This document shows positions 58,984 to 60,040 of a stretch of 60,040 bases of DNA, one piece after another (positions within the stretch are counted from its first letter, which is position 1; each line of letters starts with the position of its first letter). Where the stretch lies: IMG/VR virus record IMGVR_UViG_3300025154_000101, positions 1 to 60,040 of that record. One strand, 5' to 3'. The translations under genes were made by a program, and so were the position numbers. The DNA comes from a virus (Duplodnaviria; Caudoviricetes). The notes beneath the pieces are model-generated. The model did not search any database. It was not told where the DNA came from and saw only the letters and a program-made list of their open reading frames with translations.

Positions 58984-59865
58984 ATGTTTAAAAACCACAC
59001 AAGAATGGACAGTTCTGAAGGGAACGTATGGAAATACGTTTTCGAATCGGATGATGTTATAGCCGAAGCAGTATTGTACCGATATGAAACTTTTGAAAAA
59101 AGAACGGTTATATGTTGTTCGGTGCAATCTGGGTGCCCAGTAGGCTGTTTGTTCTGCGGAACCGGAAAAAGGTTTATTAGAAACCTCGGCCCGGTCGAAA
59201 TAGTACAACAGATCAAGGACATCATAGAGGATATTAAAATAGATACAGAAAAATGCCACAAGTTTCAAATCATGTTCATGAGCATGGGAGAGCCAATGCT
59301 GAATTGGGCTTCCGTGTCAGGAGCTATCAAAACATTGAATTGGTTATACCCGAACGCACAATTGCTTTTATCAACAGTCGGAATATTAAACGGGGAAGCT
59401 GAATCTGGGATAATTAATATCTCGAAGCATATTGACAAAGTAGGCTTGCAATTTTCAATACATGAAGCAATGGATCATATGAGGGATAAATTAATTCCCT
59501 ACCCGAATAAAATGTCTCTCAGAATGATAAGAGATTACGGGATGGTATGGAAGCAAGAAACGGGTCGTAAACCATTCTTAAATTACTGCGTGACAAGAAA
59601 GAACACATCAGAATTCGAAATAAACAGACTAAAGGATTTGTTTTCACCGTTGCATTTCAATTTTACTTTCAGTGTCGTATGTAGTTCAAATGAAACCATG
59701 AAGCAGGCTGGGTTCAGGGAATACGATTATATTGAAAATGTCATGGATAAATTTTCGGCCGATGGGTACGACTGCAGAATGTTTGATCCGGCAGGCCAGG
59801 ACGACATAGGCGGTGGATGCGGTCAACTCTGGTATGTACAAAAGTGGCTAGAAGAACATAAGTGA
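58984..59865 (+). CDS. RlmN/Cfr-like class A radical SAM methyltransferase, N-terminally short
   Basis: ICCSVQSGCPVGCLFCGTG, MSMGEPMLN, LLLST.G, LQFSIH, DIGGGCGQL. Confidence 0.85.
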   Translation: MFKNHTRMDSSEGNVWKYVFESDDVIAEAVLYRYETFEKRTVICCSVQSGCPVGCLFCGTGKRFIRNLGPVEIVQQIKDIIEDIKIDTEKCHKFQIMFMSMGEPMLNWASVSGAIKTLNWLYPNAQLLLSTVGILNGEAESGIINISKHIDKVGLQFSIHEAMDHMRDKLIPYPNKMSLRMIRDYGMVWKQETGRKPFLNYCVTRKNTSEFEINRLKDLFSPLHFNFTFSVVCSSNETMKQAGFREYDYIENVMDKFSADGYDCRMFDPAGQDDIGGGCGQLWYVQKWLEEHK

Positions 59866-60040
59866 TAATGCCAAGGATCAGTATTTTGCACCTTGAAAAC
59901 TACACATAGAAGGCCACATCCCTTGACACCATTACGGAGAACGAAGGGGATGTGAGGGAGATAATTTGAAGGAGGAAAAATATATGCAGACATCATCAAA
60001 AGTAACAAGCGCAAAGAAAGTCGGTTTACTTGCAAGCCTA

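Larger units (their letters stand above)
1..60040. mobile_element. Complete circular temperate phage genome, podovirus-like (no tape measure), Firmicutes/Clostridia-type host
   Basis: Full module set (integrase, repressor, replication, terminase, portal, capsid, tail, lysis); ORF 59984..60040 continues in frame into 1..612; intact attP in the interior; strong GGAGG RBS and sigmaA-type promoters. Confidence 0.92.

Noticed and set aside
1-60040. Numerous short antisense or nested ORFs in the six-frame track, and alternative genetic code
   Set aside because: Most are shadows of longer genes and lack an RBS; core genes are intact in the standard code, so there is no sign of stop-codon reassignment

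Overview
This window appears to be a complete, circularly permuted 60,040-bp genome of a temperate, podovirus-like phage of a Firmicute, probably a Clostridia host. The last 57 nt (RBS plus ATG at 59984) read in frame into the first ORF, and an intact attP (3' part of a tRNA-Leu(TAA)) lies between the lysis genes and the integrase. Gene order: early/replication/recombination genes (ERF, NinB-like, initiator with iterons, DnaB, three DNA methyltransferases, many small ORFs; about 57.6 kb through the junction to 17 kb); a minus-strand accessory operon with a serine recombinase and a twister ribozyme (17-20.3 kb); terS, a small tyrosine recombinase, a RepL-like gene and terL; a 5.5-kb block of small ORFs; then portal, scaffold, a head gene split by a group I intron, capsid, short-tail and ejection proteins, lysis, attP, integrase and the CI/Cro switch. 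The most striking unexplained signal is a family of dif/Xer-like 11-6-11 sites (roughly nnnnCACATAA-N6-TAATGCGnnnn). They bracket single small genes in the early region and also fall at domain boundaries of the tailspike gene, which suggests a site-specific gene- and domain-cassette swapping system. Other notable items are a phage-borne RlmN/Cfr-type radical SAM methyltransferase and a cluster of atypical tRNA-like RNAs. All protein calls come from motif recognition by eye; no database searches were run.
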